Shown one piece after another: positions 26,901 to 39,611 of a DNA stretch of 64,000 bases. The stretch is from assembly GCF_006345805.1 (NCBI RefSeq), contig NC_043015.1, forward strand, positions 26,412,001 to 26,476,000. Direction: 5' to 3'. Origin of the DNA: Octopus sinensis (Eukaryota). Numbering within the stretch: position 1 is the first letter of the stretch; each line of letters starts with the position of its first letter. The translations under genes and the position numbers were made by a program. The notes under the pieces are model-generated. The model did not search any database, was not told the origin of the DNA, and worked only from the letters and a program-made list of their open reading frames with translations.

Positions 26901-27345
26901 CAAATTAAAGGAAATTCTAAACATACATAAAATCATTAAAAGCTACAAACAACCTAAATCACTTAAAAAGACTCTCACAAAGGCAAAATTGCTTCCTGAA
27001 ATTACGGATACAAAAGTAAAAAGATGTGGTAGACCAAACTGTGCAACATGCCCAAACCTTCTAGAAGGATCAGAATTCCTCTTCAAAGAGGGACAAAAAT
27101 TCAAGATAAAATCTAATTTTACTTGTGCCTCTGAAAACATAATTTATGTCATAAGATGCTCGGGCTGCCACCAAAACTACGTGGGGTCCACGGGACTATC
27201 ACTCAGACGTAGATGCTCACTTCATCGACAACAGATTGCATTCCCAGAATACAGAATGATACCCTTTAGTGAGCATATTGAGAAATGCGTAAAGCAACTA
27301 CTACCACAGTTTTTAATCTTTCCATTTTATCAATGTGCTAATTAG
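23960..27345 (+). pseudogene. PLE RT plus GIY-YIG polyprotein (frameshifted)
   Basis: Pieced from ORF-track fragments 23822..24466, 24581..26047, 26034..26228 and 26989..27345. Confidence 0.9.
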
Positions 27346-27540
27346 ACTAAACAAGGAAACATTCTTCATTGAAAAATATAAGCCCAAACTTAACCACTCT
27401 AACATTCTTATACAGAGAAACTCACCCCATTAAAAAAAAGGCAAGAAATATAAAGCGATTATCTCCCTTACACCGGAAGAAATCACTTATTACCTCCCCT
27501 TACCTGGAACTCTTCTTTACACTTCTTAACGAAATCATAA

Positions 27541-27590
27541 CAATGTTTTGTGAAATTTGAAAAGTTAAACACGAAACCGGTAATATCTTC
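27541..27590 (+). ncRNA. Possible decayed hammerhead in the P1 3' UTR
   Basis: TTTGA-AAAG-TTAAA hairpin then GAAAC CG GTA (palindromic ACCGGT); the CTGANGA half is not intact. Confidence 0.25.
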
Positions 27591-27751
27591 AAAAACTATG
27601 TCAATGTATGAAAAAAATTTATAACATTCTTCTGACATAATGACTCAAATATATATTTTTTAACCTTTTAAAACAAGCATTCTGTAGTATTTTTCACTTT
27701 TTACTATTTTCTATATATTCAACCACGTCCTTTCACACACCAACTTTCTCA

Positions 27752-27793
<42 letters not shown>

Positions 27794-27947
27794 AATCAAG
27801 GAATGGCCATAATAGGCCATTCACCCACTAGAAATAACAGCCAAAGCTTCAACCGCAAAATAACATTAATTCCGCAAACCAGGAGAAAATTAAAAAAAAT
27901 ATTTAGCCTGTAATTTCTTATACGATGCACCGTTTCATCTATATATA

Positions 27948-28062
<115 letters not shown>

Positions 28063-28137
28063 ATATATATATATATATATATTATAAAAAAGAAGTTTGA
28101 AAAGGCCACTATATAAGATAAATTTTAATTTTCTTAG

Positions 28138-28190
28138 AAATTTTACATGTTTCGGTTCTTTTTGAAAAAACGAACCTTATCAAAAATATT
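28138..28190 (-). ncRNA. Type I hammerhead, U3-A8 variant (copies about 32472-32524 and 36803-36852)
   Basis: ATTT TTGATAA GGTTC-gttttttcaaaaa-GAACC GAAAC AT GTA AAAT: stem I ATTT/AAAT, 5-bp+ stem II, palindromic ACATGT. Confidence 0.65.
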
Positions 28191-28196
28191 TTAAAA

Positions 28197-28540
28197 AGTT
28201 AAGTGTAGTAAAAAAGTTCATAATTGTTTCTTACTGGTCTCAACAGTATCCACGTGGTGGTGTTTTGTGGGGAGTAGGCATAATAGCTGTAAATTTAAAG
28301 TTAAGTGTAATAAAAAAGTTCATAATTGTTTCTTACTGGTCTCAACAGTATCCACGTGGTGGTGTTTTGTGGGGAGTAGGCATAATAGCTGTAAATTTAA
28401 AGTTAAGTGTAATAAAAAAGTTCATAATTGTTTCTTACTGGTCTCAACAGTATCCACGTGGTGGTGTTTTGTGGGGAGTAGGCATAATAGCTGTAAATTT
28501 AAAGTTAAGTGTAATAAAAAAGTTCATAATTGTTTCTCAA
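28197..28540. repeat. 102-bp minisatellite, 3 units plus a partial (again at about 32531-32874)
   Basis: AAGTGTA recurs at 28201, 28303, 28405 and 28507; 34-aa periodic ORFs. Confidence 0.95.
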
Positions 28541-31500
28541 CAGACTCCACGTGGTTGATTTTAGCTGTCTTATGTGTCCGAATGGTCAGTGACTGAAATG
28601 GCAGCAGCAGCAGTGACTGTTGATCCTAGTAGTAGTAACCGTGGTGGTGATGGTAGTTGGGGTTGCAGCAGCTCATTGGTTGTAGCAGCTTAGCTGTGGC
28701 AGTAGCAGCAGCGGCAGCAGTGGAGGACTGTTGATCGTAGTAGTAATAGTAGTGACCATAGTGGTTGTAGTAGTAGTAATAGTAGCAGCAGTCGTTGTGA
28801 TCGTGGTGGTAATGGTAGAATTCCATTTTTCTTTTCGGAAGACCAATGTATTGTTTTAATGTTCCTGGCCCAGGGTGTTCAAATTTGGTCCGAATTTTCT
28901 AATGAAATAAAGTTCTTTATTTTGGCGTTGAGTGAAGGTTACGCGGTCGCTGAATCTGTAAAGTGGGCAAGTTGTGAATTTGGGATTTTTATTTGAAGCA
29001 CATCTATCTATGTGTCCGCTGACTGGTATTTTCCTGTATTCAGGATTTCTAATTTGGGATTTATGCACCGCCATCATTCTTCGTAAGCTGATTTTTGTAT
29101 AGCCTATATACTGCCTATTGCACCCTGTTGTGCATGTTAAGACGTAAATTAAGTTTTCTGATGCACAGGTGAAGTTTGTTCTGATGGTAAACTGATGGCC
29201 TTGTTCTAATGTGATATCTGAACCTTCTACCAAAATTCCGCAGTTGGGCTTTCCACATTTTCTAACTGCTGGTTTTGTGGTTGTTGTTGAGTGCAGTTTA
29301 GCTTGGGTTAAAATATTTTAAGGATTTTGGTTGCCGTTTACTTTTAATGATGGTGTGTGTGTCGAGGATTCGGTTATCTTTGGGTCTCCCTTGACTAAGG
29401 CTGTGCTTTGTAGTATGGTGTTGAAGGCCTCATTGTTAAGTGGGTTGTGTGTAGAGATGTAGGGTAGGGTTTTTAATTTTTCTTTCTTTTTTGGCTTTGT
29501 TTGCCTCAGGTCTTCTATACTTAATTTAAGTGCTCGTTGGATTGCACTGTCTATTAGGGGCTGTGGATAATTTCTATTTATGAGTGTAGTTCTGAGTTCC
29601 TGGAGACGTGTTTTTCGGGTGTTTGATATTATGGTGCAGATCCTTCTGGCTAAACTGAAAGGGACATTTATTCTAGTGTGTCTTGGGTGGCATGACTCAA
29701 AGGGTAGGTACTGCTTGGAGTCTGTCGGTTTATAATAGATATCTGTCTCTACTTTGTTGCCGACTTTCTTAATGAGGATGTCTAAAAATGGCAATTTTTC
29801 TTCGTTATGATCTATCGTGAACTGAATATTTTCATTTATTCCATTTAATAGTATTCCTGAAGTGTTTCTATACTTTCATCCCAGAGGATGAAGCAGTCGT
29901 CGAGATATCTTTTCCAGTTGTTCTGAATATAGGTGGAGAAAGTGTTTCCATATTTTTTAGAGTATTTTCTGGTAGAGTATTATCTCGAGGTATCCCATCA
30001 CTAGGTTGGCAAAAGAAGGCGCAGTACGCGTACCCAACGCTGTTCCAGATCTCTGTCTGTAGAAATTATTATCAAAAATAAAGTAATTGTTTTCTAAAAT
30101 AAATCTAAGTCCGTCTATTATGAGTTCTTTATTTATGCGAGTTGGGAGTTCAAAGGAGTAGTTGTTTAGCCAGAAAGTGATCGCTTCTATTCCTAGGGTG
30201 TGAGGGATGTCAGAATAAAGGTTACGTCGAAGGATACTAGTAGGGCTTTCTCATTGACTGTTTTGAGGAGGTGGTTAAGCATGTATATATCGTCTCTTAC
30301 GTAGCTTTTGATGTGCTTTAGGAAAGGTTTAAGAAGTGTGTCTAAGAAGTTACTGAGGCGGTGAGTTTCACATGCTGGGCCTGCTATTATCGGTCTAAGT
30401 TTAAGATCATTTGGTGAAGAGATTTTGATGAGTATGTCGGTAGATGTCTTGCATGTTTCACTAATTATTTGGCTTTTGTGGACTTTAGGGATACTGTAGA
30501 ATAAACTTGATTTGCACTAAAAGTTAGTGATGTAATCGTACTCCTTGTCCGTGAGTCCTTCTCGGTATGTGTTGATTAATGTCCTGAGGTTATACATTAT
30601 TTTTGGTGGATTATAATGTTGGGCCCTTTCATAATATGTTTCATCTCCTAATATGGATAGTACTAAATTTTTATAATCACTTGTGTTCATTAAAACTACC
30701 GCGTTGCCCTTATCTGCCTCCTTAATTGTTATTGTTTTGTCTTCTCTTAGTTTGATGAGGTCATTCCATTCTCTTTTGTTAAAGTTTTGGCTGTATTTTT
30801 GTATTTTGGTGAATTGAAAAGGTAAATTATTTTATTTATGTAGTTACAATAGCGGCCTAAGGCTTTATTCTTTCGCTTGGTAGGGGTGTAATCGCTGTTG
30901 TTTCTAGCTCTTGATTCATCATCTATTTGTTTGGCATGAAATTCCTCGGCACGTCTTAGTTTCCTACAAAATTCCGAAATATCGTCTTTAATTTCATAGT
31001 AATTTGAGCGTTGTGAGGTTGGTGTAAATTTAAGTCCTTTGGAAAGTATGCTTATTTCGGTAGGTGTAAGTTCTTTATTTGAGAGATTGATTATTTTAAT
31101 TACCTGTGGTTTCTTTTGTTTGTCCGTTGCCATCGTGTATCCCTGTTCCTGTGTGTTAGGTCTAAAAAATGGTTGGTGTAGTTATGCTTAAAACTACCGT
31201 TGATCTGTCTCCTGTTGTTATAATTTTCAGAGTGGGTTTGTGGTGCCCTGTTTTGTAGTGTGTTTTTGTACCTCGTATTCTTAGTGTATCAGGTATATTG
31301 TGTTGGTAGTTGTTGGTAGTAGTGTGTTTGTTGTTTGTTAGGTTTGTATGGTTGGTTCCTAGGGTAGAGGTTTCGTGGTTGAATCTTAGTTTGGTTATGT
31401 GGATTGTAGTTCATAGAATTGTGTGTTGTATCCCTATGGTTCTTGAAATGATGTGGTGGGTCCCTGTAAGTGTTTTGGGGTTGGTGTAGGTAGCGTGGGG

Positions 31501-32415
31501 TGCGTTTTAAATGTTTCTTTCTGGTGTGGAGTGTATTTAGATTTCTTGGTGGTTGTTCCGTTCTGTTAGTATTTGATTTTGTTTTACTTAATTTTATGAA
31601 GGAGTTGTTGGATATGTTTATTTTTGAAGTTGGTTTCATAATTCCAAGACCAGTTGGCGCACTTTTCCCATCGTTGGAGGGACTTTAGTTCCTCTTTTTC
31701 ACATTCTTCTTTCCATAGTGTAAGTAATGTTTCAGTATTGATGCCGTCTCTTAGTCTGATGACTTCTTCGTTGATTTCTTCATCTATGGTTTTTACTTTT
31801 TCTTCATTCGTCTTAGCTCGCAATTTAAGTAGTTCAATTTCCATCTTCATTTTTTCTAATGACATTTTTTTCTCTAAGTCTTCTTTGTTCTTCTGGTTCT
31901 TCTAGGATGGGCTTTATTAGTAATTTGTGGGGTATGATTTGGAGTGTTGAGTTAAGCCACTTTTGGTAAATCTCTGCTTTATTCTGATTTTGTATCATTT
32001 TCCAAAAAGCGAATTTTCTGTTTCGCTGTAGTTTTCTCCATTGGGGAAGGACTTAGTTCTTTATTTGTAATGTTGAAGTTATTAGGTTCTTCCCATGTGG
32101 TCCTTTTTTTGTTGCTCTTGTTTTGTAAAGTTTGTAAAGAACGTCTTCATTGTGTCGCATAGATTTCCAAGGTTCTCATACATTTCCGAGGGTGTTTTCT
32201 TCGTTTCAGTTTCTTCATTATATTTTGTAGAAGGTCGAGATGTTGAGTTGAGTTTGTTTAAAACTGCTGTTAGCTTTGAGTTTATGCATTTCAATTCTTT
32301 CAGTATCTCTTCATTTATTGAGATGATGTTGTTGATGTCTGTTTTAGTAGGCTTTTTCGGGAGCTCGTACGTGATATGATATTTAAGTGTAGATCGTATA
32401 CGAGTGGGTATATAT

Positions 32416-35400
32416 TTATAAAAAAGAAGTTTGAAAAGGCCACTATATAAGATAAATTTTAATTTTCTTAGAAATTTTACATGTTTCGGTTCTTTTTGAA
32501 AAAACGAACCTTATCAAAAATATTTTAAAAAGTTAAGTGTAGTAAAAAAGTTCATAATTGTTTCTTACTGGTCTCAACAGTATCCACGTGGTGGTGTTTT
32601 GTGGGGAGTAGGCATAATAGCTGTAAATTTAAAGTTAAGTGTAATAAAAAAGTTCATAATTGTTTCTTACTGGTCTCAACAGTATCCACGTGGTGGTGTT
32701 TTGTGGGGAGTAGGCATAATAGCTGTAAATTTAAAGTTAAGTGTAATAAAAAAGTTCATAATTGTTTCTTACTGGTCTCAACAGTATCCACGTGGTGGTG
32801 TTTTGTGGGGAGTAGGCATAATAGCTGTAAATTTAAAGTTAAGTGTAATAAAAAAGTTCATAATTGTTTCTCAACAGACTCCACGTGGTTGATTTTAGCT
32901 GTCTTATGTGTCCGAATGGTCAGTGACTGAAATGGCAGCAGCAGCAGTGACTGTTGATCCTAGTAGTAGTAACCGTGGTGGTGATGGTAGTTGGGGTTGC
33001 AGCAGCTCATTGGTTGTAGCAGCTTAGCTGTGGCAGTAGCAGCAGCGGCAGCAGTGGAGGACTGTTGATCGTAGTAGTAATAGTAGTGACCATAGTGGTT
33101 GTAGTAGTAGTAATAGTAGCAGCAGTCGTTGTGATCGTGGTGGTAATGGTAGAATTCCATTTTTCTTTTCGGAAGACCATGTATTGTTTTAATGTTCCTG
33201 GCCCAGGGTGTTCAAATTTGGTCCGAATTTTCTAATGAAATAAAGTTCTTTATTTTGGCGTTGAGTGAAGGTTACGCGGTCGCTGAATCTGTAAAGTGGG
33301 CAAGTTGTGAATTTGGGATTTTTATTTGAAGCACATCTATCTATGTGTCCGCTGACTGGTATTTTCCTGTATTCAGGATTTCTAATTTGGGATTTATGCA
33401 CCGCCATCATTCTTCGTAAGCTGATTTTTGTATAGCCTATATACTGCCTATTGCACCCTGTTGTGCATGTTAAGACGTAAATTAAGTTTTCTGATGCACA
33501 GGTGAAGTTTGTTCTGATGGTAAACTGATGGCCTTGTTCTAATGTGATATCTGAACCTTCTACCAAAATTCCGCAGTTGGGCTTTCCACATTTTCTAACT
33601 GCTGGTTTTGTGGTTGTTGTTGAGTGCAGTTTAGCTTGGGTTAAAATATTTTTAAAGGATTTTGGTTGCCGTTTACTTTTAATGATGGTGTGTGTGTCGA
33701 GGATTCGGTTTATCTTTGGGTCTCCCTTGACTAAGGCTGTGCTTTGTAGTATGGTGTTGAAGGCCTCATTGTTAAGTGGGTTGTGTGTAGAGATGTAGGG
33801 TAGGGTTTTTAATTTTTCTTTCTTTTTTGGCTTTGTTTGCCTCAGGTCTTCTATACTTAATTTAAGTGCTCGTTGGATTGCACTGTCTATTAGGGGTGTG
33901 GATAATTTCTATTTATGAGTGTAGTTCTGAGTTCCTGGAGACGTGTTTTTCGGGTGTTGATATTATGGTGCAGATCCTTCTGGCTAAACTGAAAGGGACA
34001 TTTATTCTAGTGTGTCTTGGGTGGCATGACTCAAAGGGTAGGTACTGCTTGGAGTCTGTCGGTTTATAATAGATATCTGTCTCTACTTTGTTGCCGACTT
34101 TCTTAATGAGGATGTCTAAAAATGGCAATTTTTCTTCGTTATGATCTATCGTGAACTGAATATTTTCATTTATTCCATTTAATAGTATTCCTGAAGTGTT
34201 TCTATACTTTCATCCCAGAGGATGAAGCAGTCGTCGAGATATCTTTTCAGTTGTTCTGAATATAGGTGGAGAAAGTGTTTCCATATTTTTTAGAGTATTT
34301 TCTGGTAGAGTATTATCTCGAGGTATCCCATCACTAGGTTGGCAAAAGAAGGCGCAGTACGCGTACCCAACGCTGTTCCAGATCTCTGTCTGTAGAAATT
34401 ATTATCAAAAATAAAGTAATTGTTTTCTAAAATAAATCTAAGTCCGTCTATTATGAGTTCTTTATTTATGCGAGTTGGGAGTTCAAAGGAGTAGTTGTTT
34501 AGCCAGAAAGTGATCGCTTCTATTCCTAGGGTGTGAGGGATGTCAGAATAAAGGTTACGTCGAAGGATACTAGTAGGGCTTTCTCATTGACTGTTTTGAG
34601 GAGGTGGTTAAGCATGTATATATCGTCTCTTACGTAGCTTTTGATGTGCTTTAGGAAAGGTTTAAGAAGTGTGTCTAAGAAGTTACTGAGGCGGTGAGTT
34701 TCACATGCTGGGCCTGCTATTATCGGTCTAAGTTTAAGATCATTTGGTGAAGAGATTTTGATGAGTATGTCGGTAGATGTCTTGCATGTTTCACTAATTA
34801 TTTGGCTTTTGTGGACTTTAGGGATACTGTAGAATAAACTTGATTTGCACTAAAAGTTAGTGATGTAATCGTACTCCTTGTCCGTGAGTCCTTCTCGGTA
34901 TGTGTTGATTAATGTCCTGAGGTTATACATTATTTTTGGTGGATTATAATGTTGGGCCCTTTCATAATATGTTTCATCTCCTAATATGGATAGTACTAAA
35001 TTTTTATAATCACTTGTGTTCATTAAAACTACCGCGTTGCCCTTATCTGCCTCCTTAATTGTTATTGTTTTGTCTTCTCTTAGTTTGATGAGGTCATTCC
35101 ATTCTCTTTTGTTAAAGTTTTGGCTGTATTTTTGTATTTTGGTGAATTGAAAAGGTAAATTATTTTATTTATGTAGTTACAATAGCGGCCTAAGGCTTAT
35201 TCTTTCGCTTGGTAGGGGTGTAATCGCTGTTGTTTCTAGCTCTTGATTCATCATCTATTTGTTTGGCATGAAATTCCTCGGCACGTCTTAGTTTCCTACA
35301 AAATTCCGAAATATCGTCTTTAATTTCATAGTAATTTGAGCGTTGTGAGGTTGGTGTAAATTTAAGTCCTTTGGAAAGTATGCTTATTTCGGTAGGTGTA

Positions 35401-36746
35401 AGTTCTTTATTTGAGAGATTGATTATTTTAATTACCTGTGGTTTCTTTTGTTTGTCCGTTGCCATCGTGTATCCCTGTTCCTGTGTGTTAGGTCTAAAAA
35501 ATGGTTGGTGTAGTTATGCTTAAAACTACCGTTGATCTGTCTCCTGTTGTTATAATTTTCAGAGTGGGTTTGTGGTGCCCTGTTTTGTAGTGTGTTTTTG
35601 TACCTCGTATTCTTAGTGTATCAGGTATATTGTGTTGGTAGTTGTTGGTAGTAGTGTGTTTGTTGTTTGTTAGGTTTGTATGGTTGGTTCCTAGGGTAGA
35701 GGTTTCGTGGTTGAATCTTAGTTTGGTTATGTGGATTGTAGTTCATAGAATTGTGTGTTGTATCCCTATGGTTCTTGAAATGATGTGGTGGGTCCCTGTA
35801 AGTGTTTTGGGGTTGGTGTAGGTAGCGTGGGGTGCGTTTTAAATGTTTCTTTCTGGTGTGGAGTGTATTTAGATTTCTTGGTGGTTGTTCCGTTCTGTTA
35901 GTATTTGATTTTGTTTTACTTAATTTTATGAAGGAGTTGTTGGATATGTTTATTTTTGAAGTTGGTTTCATAATTCCAAGACCAGTTGGCGCACTTTTCC
36001 CATCGTTGGAGGGACTTTAGTTCCTCTTTTTCACATTCTTCTTTCCATAGTGTAAGTAATGTTTCAGTATTGATGCCGTCTCTTAGTCTGATGACTTCTT
36101 CGTTGATTTCTTCATCTATGGTTTTTACTTTTTCTTCATTCGTCTTAGCTCGCAATTTAAGTAGTTCAATTTCCATCTTCATTTTTTCTAATGACATTTT
36201 TTTCTCTAAGTCTTCTTTGTTCTTCTGGTTCTTCTAGGATGGGCTTTATTAGTAATTTGTGGGGTATGATTTGGAGTGTTGAGTTAAGCCACTTTTGGTA
36301 AATCTCTGCTTTATTCTGATTTTGTATCATTTTCCAAAAAGCGAATTTTCTGTTTCGCTGTAGTTTTCTCCATTGGGGAAGGACTTAGTTCTTTATTTGT
36401 AATGTTGAAGTTATTAGGTTCTTCCCATGTGGTCCTTTTTTTGTTGCTCTTGTTTTGTAAAGTTTGTAAAGAACGTCTTCATTGTGTCGCATAGATTTCC
36501 AAGGTTCTCATACATTCCGAGGGTGTTTTCTTCGTTTCAGTTTCTTCATTATATTTTGTAGAAGGTCGAGATGTTGAGTTGAGTTTGTTTAAAACTGCTG
36601 TTAGCTTTGAGTTTATGCATTTCAATTCTTTCAGTATCTCTTCATTTATTGAGATGATGTTGTTGATGTCTGTTTTAGTAGGCTTTTTCGGGAGCTCGTA
36701 CGTGATATGATATTTAAGTGTAGATCGTATACGAGTGGGTATATAT
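32416..36746 (-). mobile_element. Neptune-like PLE family P2, tandem copy 2
   Basis: Same sequence as copy 1 at an offset of about 4332; the differences I found are almost all 1-nt indels. Confidence 0.93.
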
Positions 36747-37545
36747 TTATAAAAAAGAAGTTTGAAAACGCCACTATATAAGATACATTTTAATTTTCTT
36801 AGAAGTTTTACATGTTTCGGTTCTTGAAAAAACGAACCTTATCAAAAATATTTTAAAAAGTTAAGTGTAATAAAAAAGTTCATAATTGTTTCTTGCTGGT
36901 CTCAACAGACTCCATGTGGTTGTTTTTAGCTGTCTTATGTGTCCGAATGGTCAGTGGCTGAAATGGCAGTAGCAGCAGCAGCAGTGGAGGACTGTTGATC
37001 GTAGTAGTAATAGTAGTGACCATGGTGGTTGTAGTAGTAGTAATAGTAGCAGCAGTCGTAGTGACCGCGGTGGTAGTGGTAGAATTCCATTTTTCTTTTC
37101 GGAAGACCAATGTATTGTTTTAATGTTCTTGGCCCAGGTTGTTCACACTTGGTCCGAATTTTCTAATGAAATAAAGTTCTTTATTTTGGCGTTGAGTGAA
37201 GATTACGCGGTCACTGAATTTGTAAAGTGAGCAAATTGTGAATTTGCGATTTTTATTTGAAGCACATCTATCTATGTGTCCGCTGACTGGTATTTTCCTG
37301 TATTCAGGATTTCTAATTTGGGATTTATGCATCGGCATCCTTTTACGTAAGCTGTTTTTTGTATGGCCTATATACTGCCTATTGCACCCTGCGCATGTTA
37401 AAACGTAAATTTTCTGATGCACAGGTGAAGTTTGCTCTGATGGAAAATTGATGGCCTTGTTCTAATGTGATATCTGAACCTTCTAGTGGCGTTTTCAAAC
37501 TTCTTTTTTATAAATATATATCTACTCGTATAAGATCTACACTTA
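36747..37545 (-). mobile_element. Diverged upstream pseudo-LTR of P2 (GIY-YIG end plus 3' UTR) capped by a 62-bp inverted pseudo-LTR tip (37484-37545)
   Basis: ORF 37120..37422 is a substituted version of 28856..29233; 37484-37545 is approximately the reverse complement of 36716-36776. Confidence 0.88.
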
Positions 37546-37551
37546 TTTTAA

Positions 37552-37587
<36 letters not shown>

Positions 37588-37805
37588 TCTCTCTCTCTTT
37601 TACTTGTTTCAGTCATTTGACTGCGGCCATGTGGGAGCACCGCCTTTAATCGAGCAAATCGACCCCGGGACTTATTCTTTTGTAAGCCCAGTACTTAATC
37701 TATCGGGGTCTCTTTTGCCGAACCGCTAAGTAACGGGGACATAAACACACCAGCATCGGTTGTCAAGCAATGCTAGGGGGACAAACACAGACACAAACAC
37801 ACACA

Positions 37806-37848
<43 letters not shown>

Positions 37849-38010
37849 GACAGGCTTCTTTCAGTTTCCATCTACCAAATCCACTCACAAGGCTTTGGTC
37901 GGCCCGAGGCTATAGTAGAAGACACTTGCTCAAGGTGCCATGCAGTGGGACTGAACCCGGAACCATGTGGTTGGTAAACAATATACTTACCACACAGCCA
38001 CTTCTGCGCC
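37588..38010 (-). mobile_element. tRNA-derived SINE, family 1
   Basis: Reverse complement of the family 1 unit. Confidence 0.9.
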
Positions 38011-38028
38011 TATATATACATATATATA

Positions 38029-38086
<58 letters not shown>

Positions 38087-38114
38087 ATTTATATATATAT
38101 ATAATATATATATT

Positions 38115-38174
<60 letters not shown>

Positions 38175-38181
38175 ATATATA

Positions 38182-38221
<40 letters not shown>

Positions 38222-38223
38222 TA

Positions 38224-38254
<31 letters not shown>

Positions 38255-38289
38255 CATACATATATCTACATATATATATGTATATATAT

Positions 38290-38382
<93 letters not shown>
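38011..38382. repeat. Long interrupted (TA)n tract
   Basis: Direct tandem. Confidence 0.95.
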
Positions 38383-38384
<2 letters not shown>

Positions 38385-38766
38385 TAGATAGATAGATACG
38401 TTTATATACATACACACACACGCACTTATATAGTATTGATTTATCGCCTTTCTGACACACATATACTCCGAGATGAAATGATATTTTATTACTGCAGTCA
38501 GTCCTCAACTATTTTAGTAAATACATATTATATACTATCAATCATACTCGAAATTATATTGGGTACCGTCATCGTCGTCAACGTTCTTGTAGTTGCTGTA
38601 GTTGTTGTTCTAGTTTCACTTCAGGTCTGATCGGAAACACCAGAACCATAATCAAAATCAGACCAACCGTGTACATGTTGCCCCCCCTCTCTCCTTCTGT
38701 CTCTAAGTATATATATATGTATAGAAAGATAAATAGATATATGTATGCATATATATATGTTTATAA

Positions 38767-38833
<67 letters not shown>

Positions 38834-38851
38834 CATACAGACATATATATA

Positions 38852-38887
<36 letters not shown>

Positions 38888-39555
38888 AATGTTTATAGGT
38901 GTGTGTGTGCTGGGGGATGTGTGTGTGTGTGTGTGTGTGTGTGCGTGCGTATATTTGTGCATACAACATTTATTAGGACATTATATTTGAATGTATGCCT
39001 TAGATTAATTTTGTAGTGATGGTTGGACGCAACATCTGTTTCGGCCATTATTAGCCCATGTCATATGAAACTCAATAGCGTTAAAGTTATGTTTTCATAC
39101 CACCACCCACTTGAATAGTGACTTGTTGCTGGCAGTGATGTAACGTTGTGTCTGAGGCTTGTCTTGTATTTTTAGGCAGTTTTCCAAGTATAATTTGATA
39201 GTTATAGTGTCTTTTTCCACGTTATTTTCCCGGTATAATGCACAATGATTCTGTACCATTTGAAGTTAACAAGTAATGTCACAATATTCTATTGCGATGT
39301 GAATTCTAGATGTTTCGGGAGGGGGTGTGTCACACGGCAAGAATATTAAACGTGATGCCTGCAACGTTTCTAAAATTTTGATAAAATATTTTCGTTGTTG
39401 TACAAATGGCACAACGCTTATAGGAGAGTTGGAAAGAATAGTGTTTGAGTTTGTTTTTTTTTTGTGACCATTCCAATAAGCAAAGCAAATCATGCTAGTT
39501 ATTTAGATATTTCGACCTCTGAATTCTTTTCATTTTCATGTTTTCTTTTGTATAG

Positions 39556-39611
39556 AGAGGCTACATGAGTATTCAAGAGACGACCAAGAAGTAGAGAAGC
39601 GGAAAAGTTTT
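39556..39611 (+). CDS. Candidate coding exon of an unidentified host gene (xRLHEYSRDDQEVEKRKSF)
   Basis: Long polypyrimidine tract plus TAG acceptor; GTATGA donor; phase 1->0, compatible with the next exon. Confidence 0.4.

Larger units (their letters stand above)
23960..27754 (+). mobile_element. Near full-length decayed Penelope-like element (Neptune-like), family P1
   Basis: Coiled-coil-like N-terminus, N/T/H/P-rich linker, INLS..LSKGLKFTPTP, IKEADKGSAVVIMD, SFDVVNLYTNIP, GIAMGT, WKRFLDDCF, PFLDI, SCHP, CGRPNCATC, IYVIRC..C..NYVGST. Several frameshifts and a TAA at 26226-28. Confidence 0.93.
28082..32415 (-). mobile_element. Neptune-like PLE family P2, tandem copy 1 (full unit, about 4.33 kb)
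   Basis: INLSNKEL..LSKGLKFTPT, EADKG, WKRYLDDCF, PFLDILI, SCHPRHT, CGKPNC, IYVLTC..C..QYIGYT; 3' UTR with HHR and 102-bp repeats; frameshifts and a TAG at 30517-19. Confidence 0.93.

Noticed and set aside
28197-28540. CRISPR-like regular repeats
   Set aside because: The units are identical end to end with no unique spacers, there are no cas genes, and the context is eukaryotic.
39305-39440. Open frame VSGGGVSHGKNIKRDACNVSKILIKYFRCCTNGTTLIGELERI as an upstream exon; also 43150-43243 (FYLMKRC...VRLF) with a strong donor
   Set aside because: The first has no good phase-1 donor to join 39556, and the second has no credible acceptor. Both are left uncalled but are worth checking against RNA-seq.
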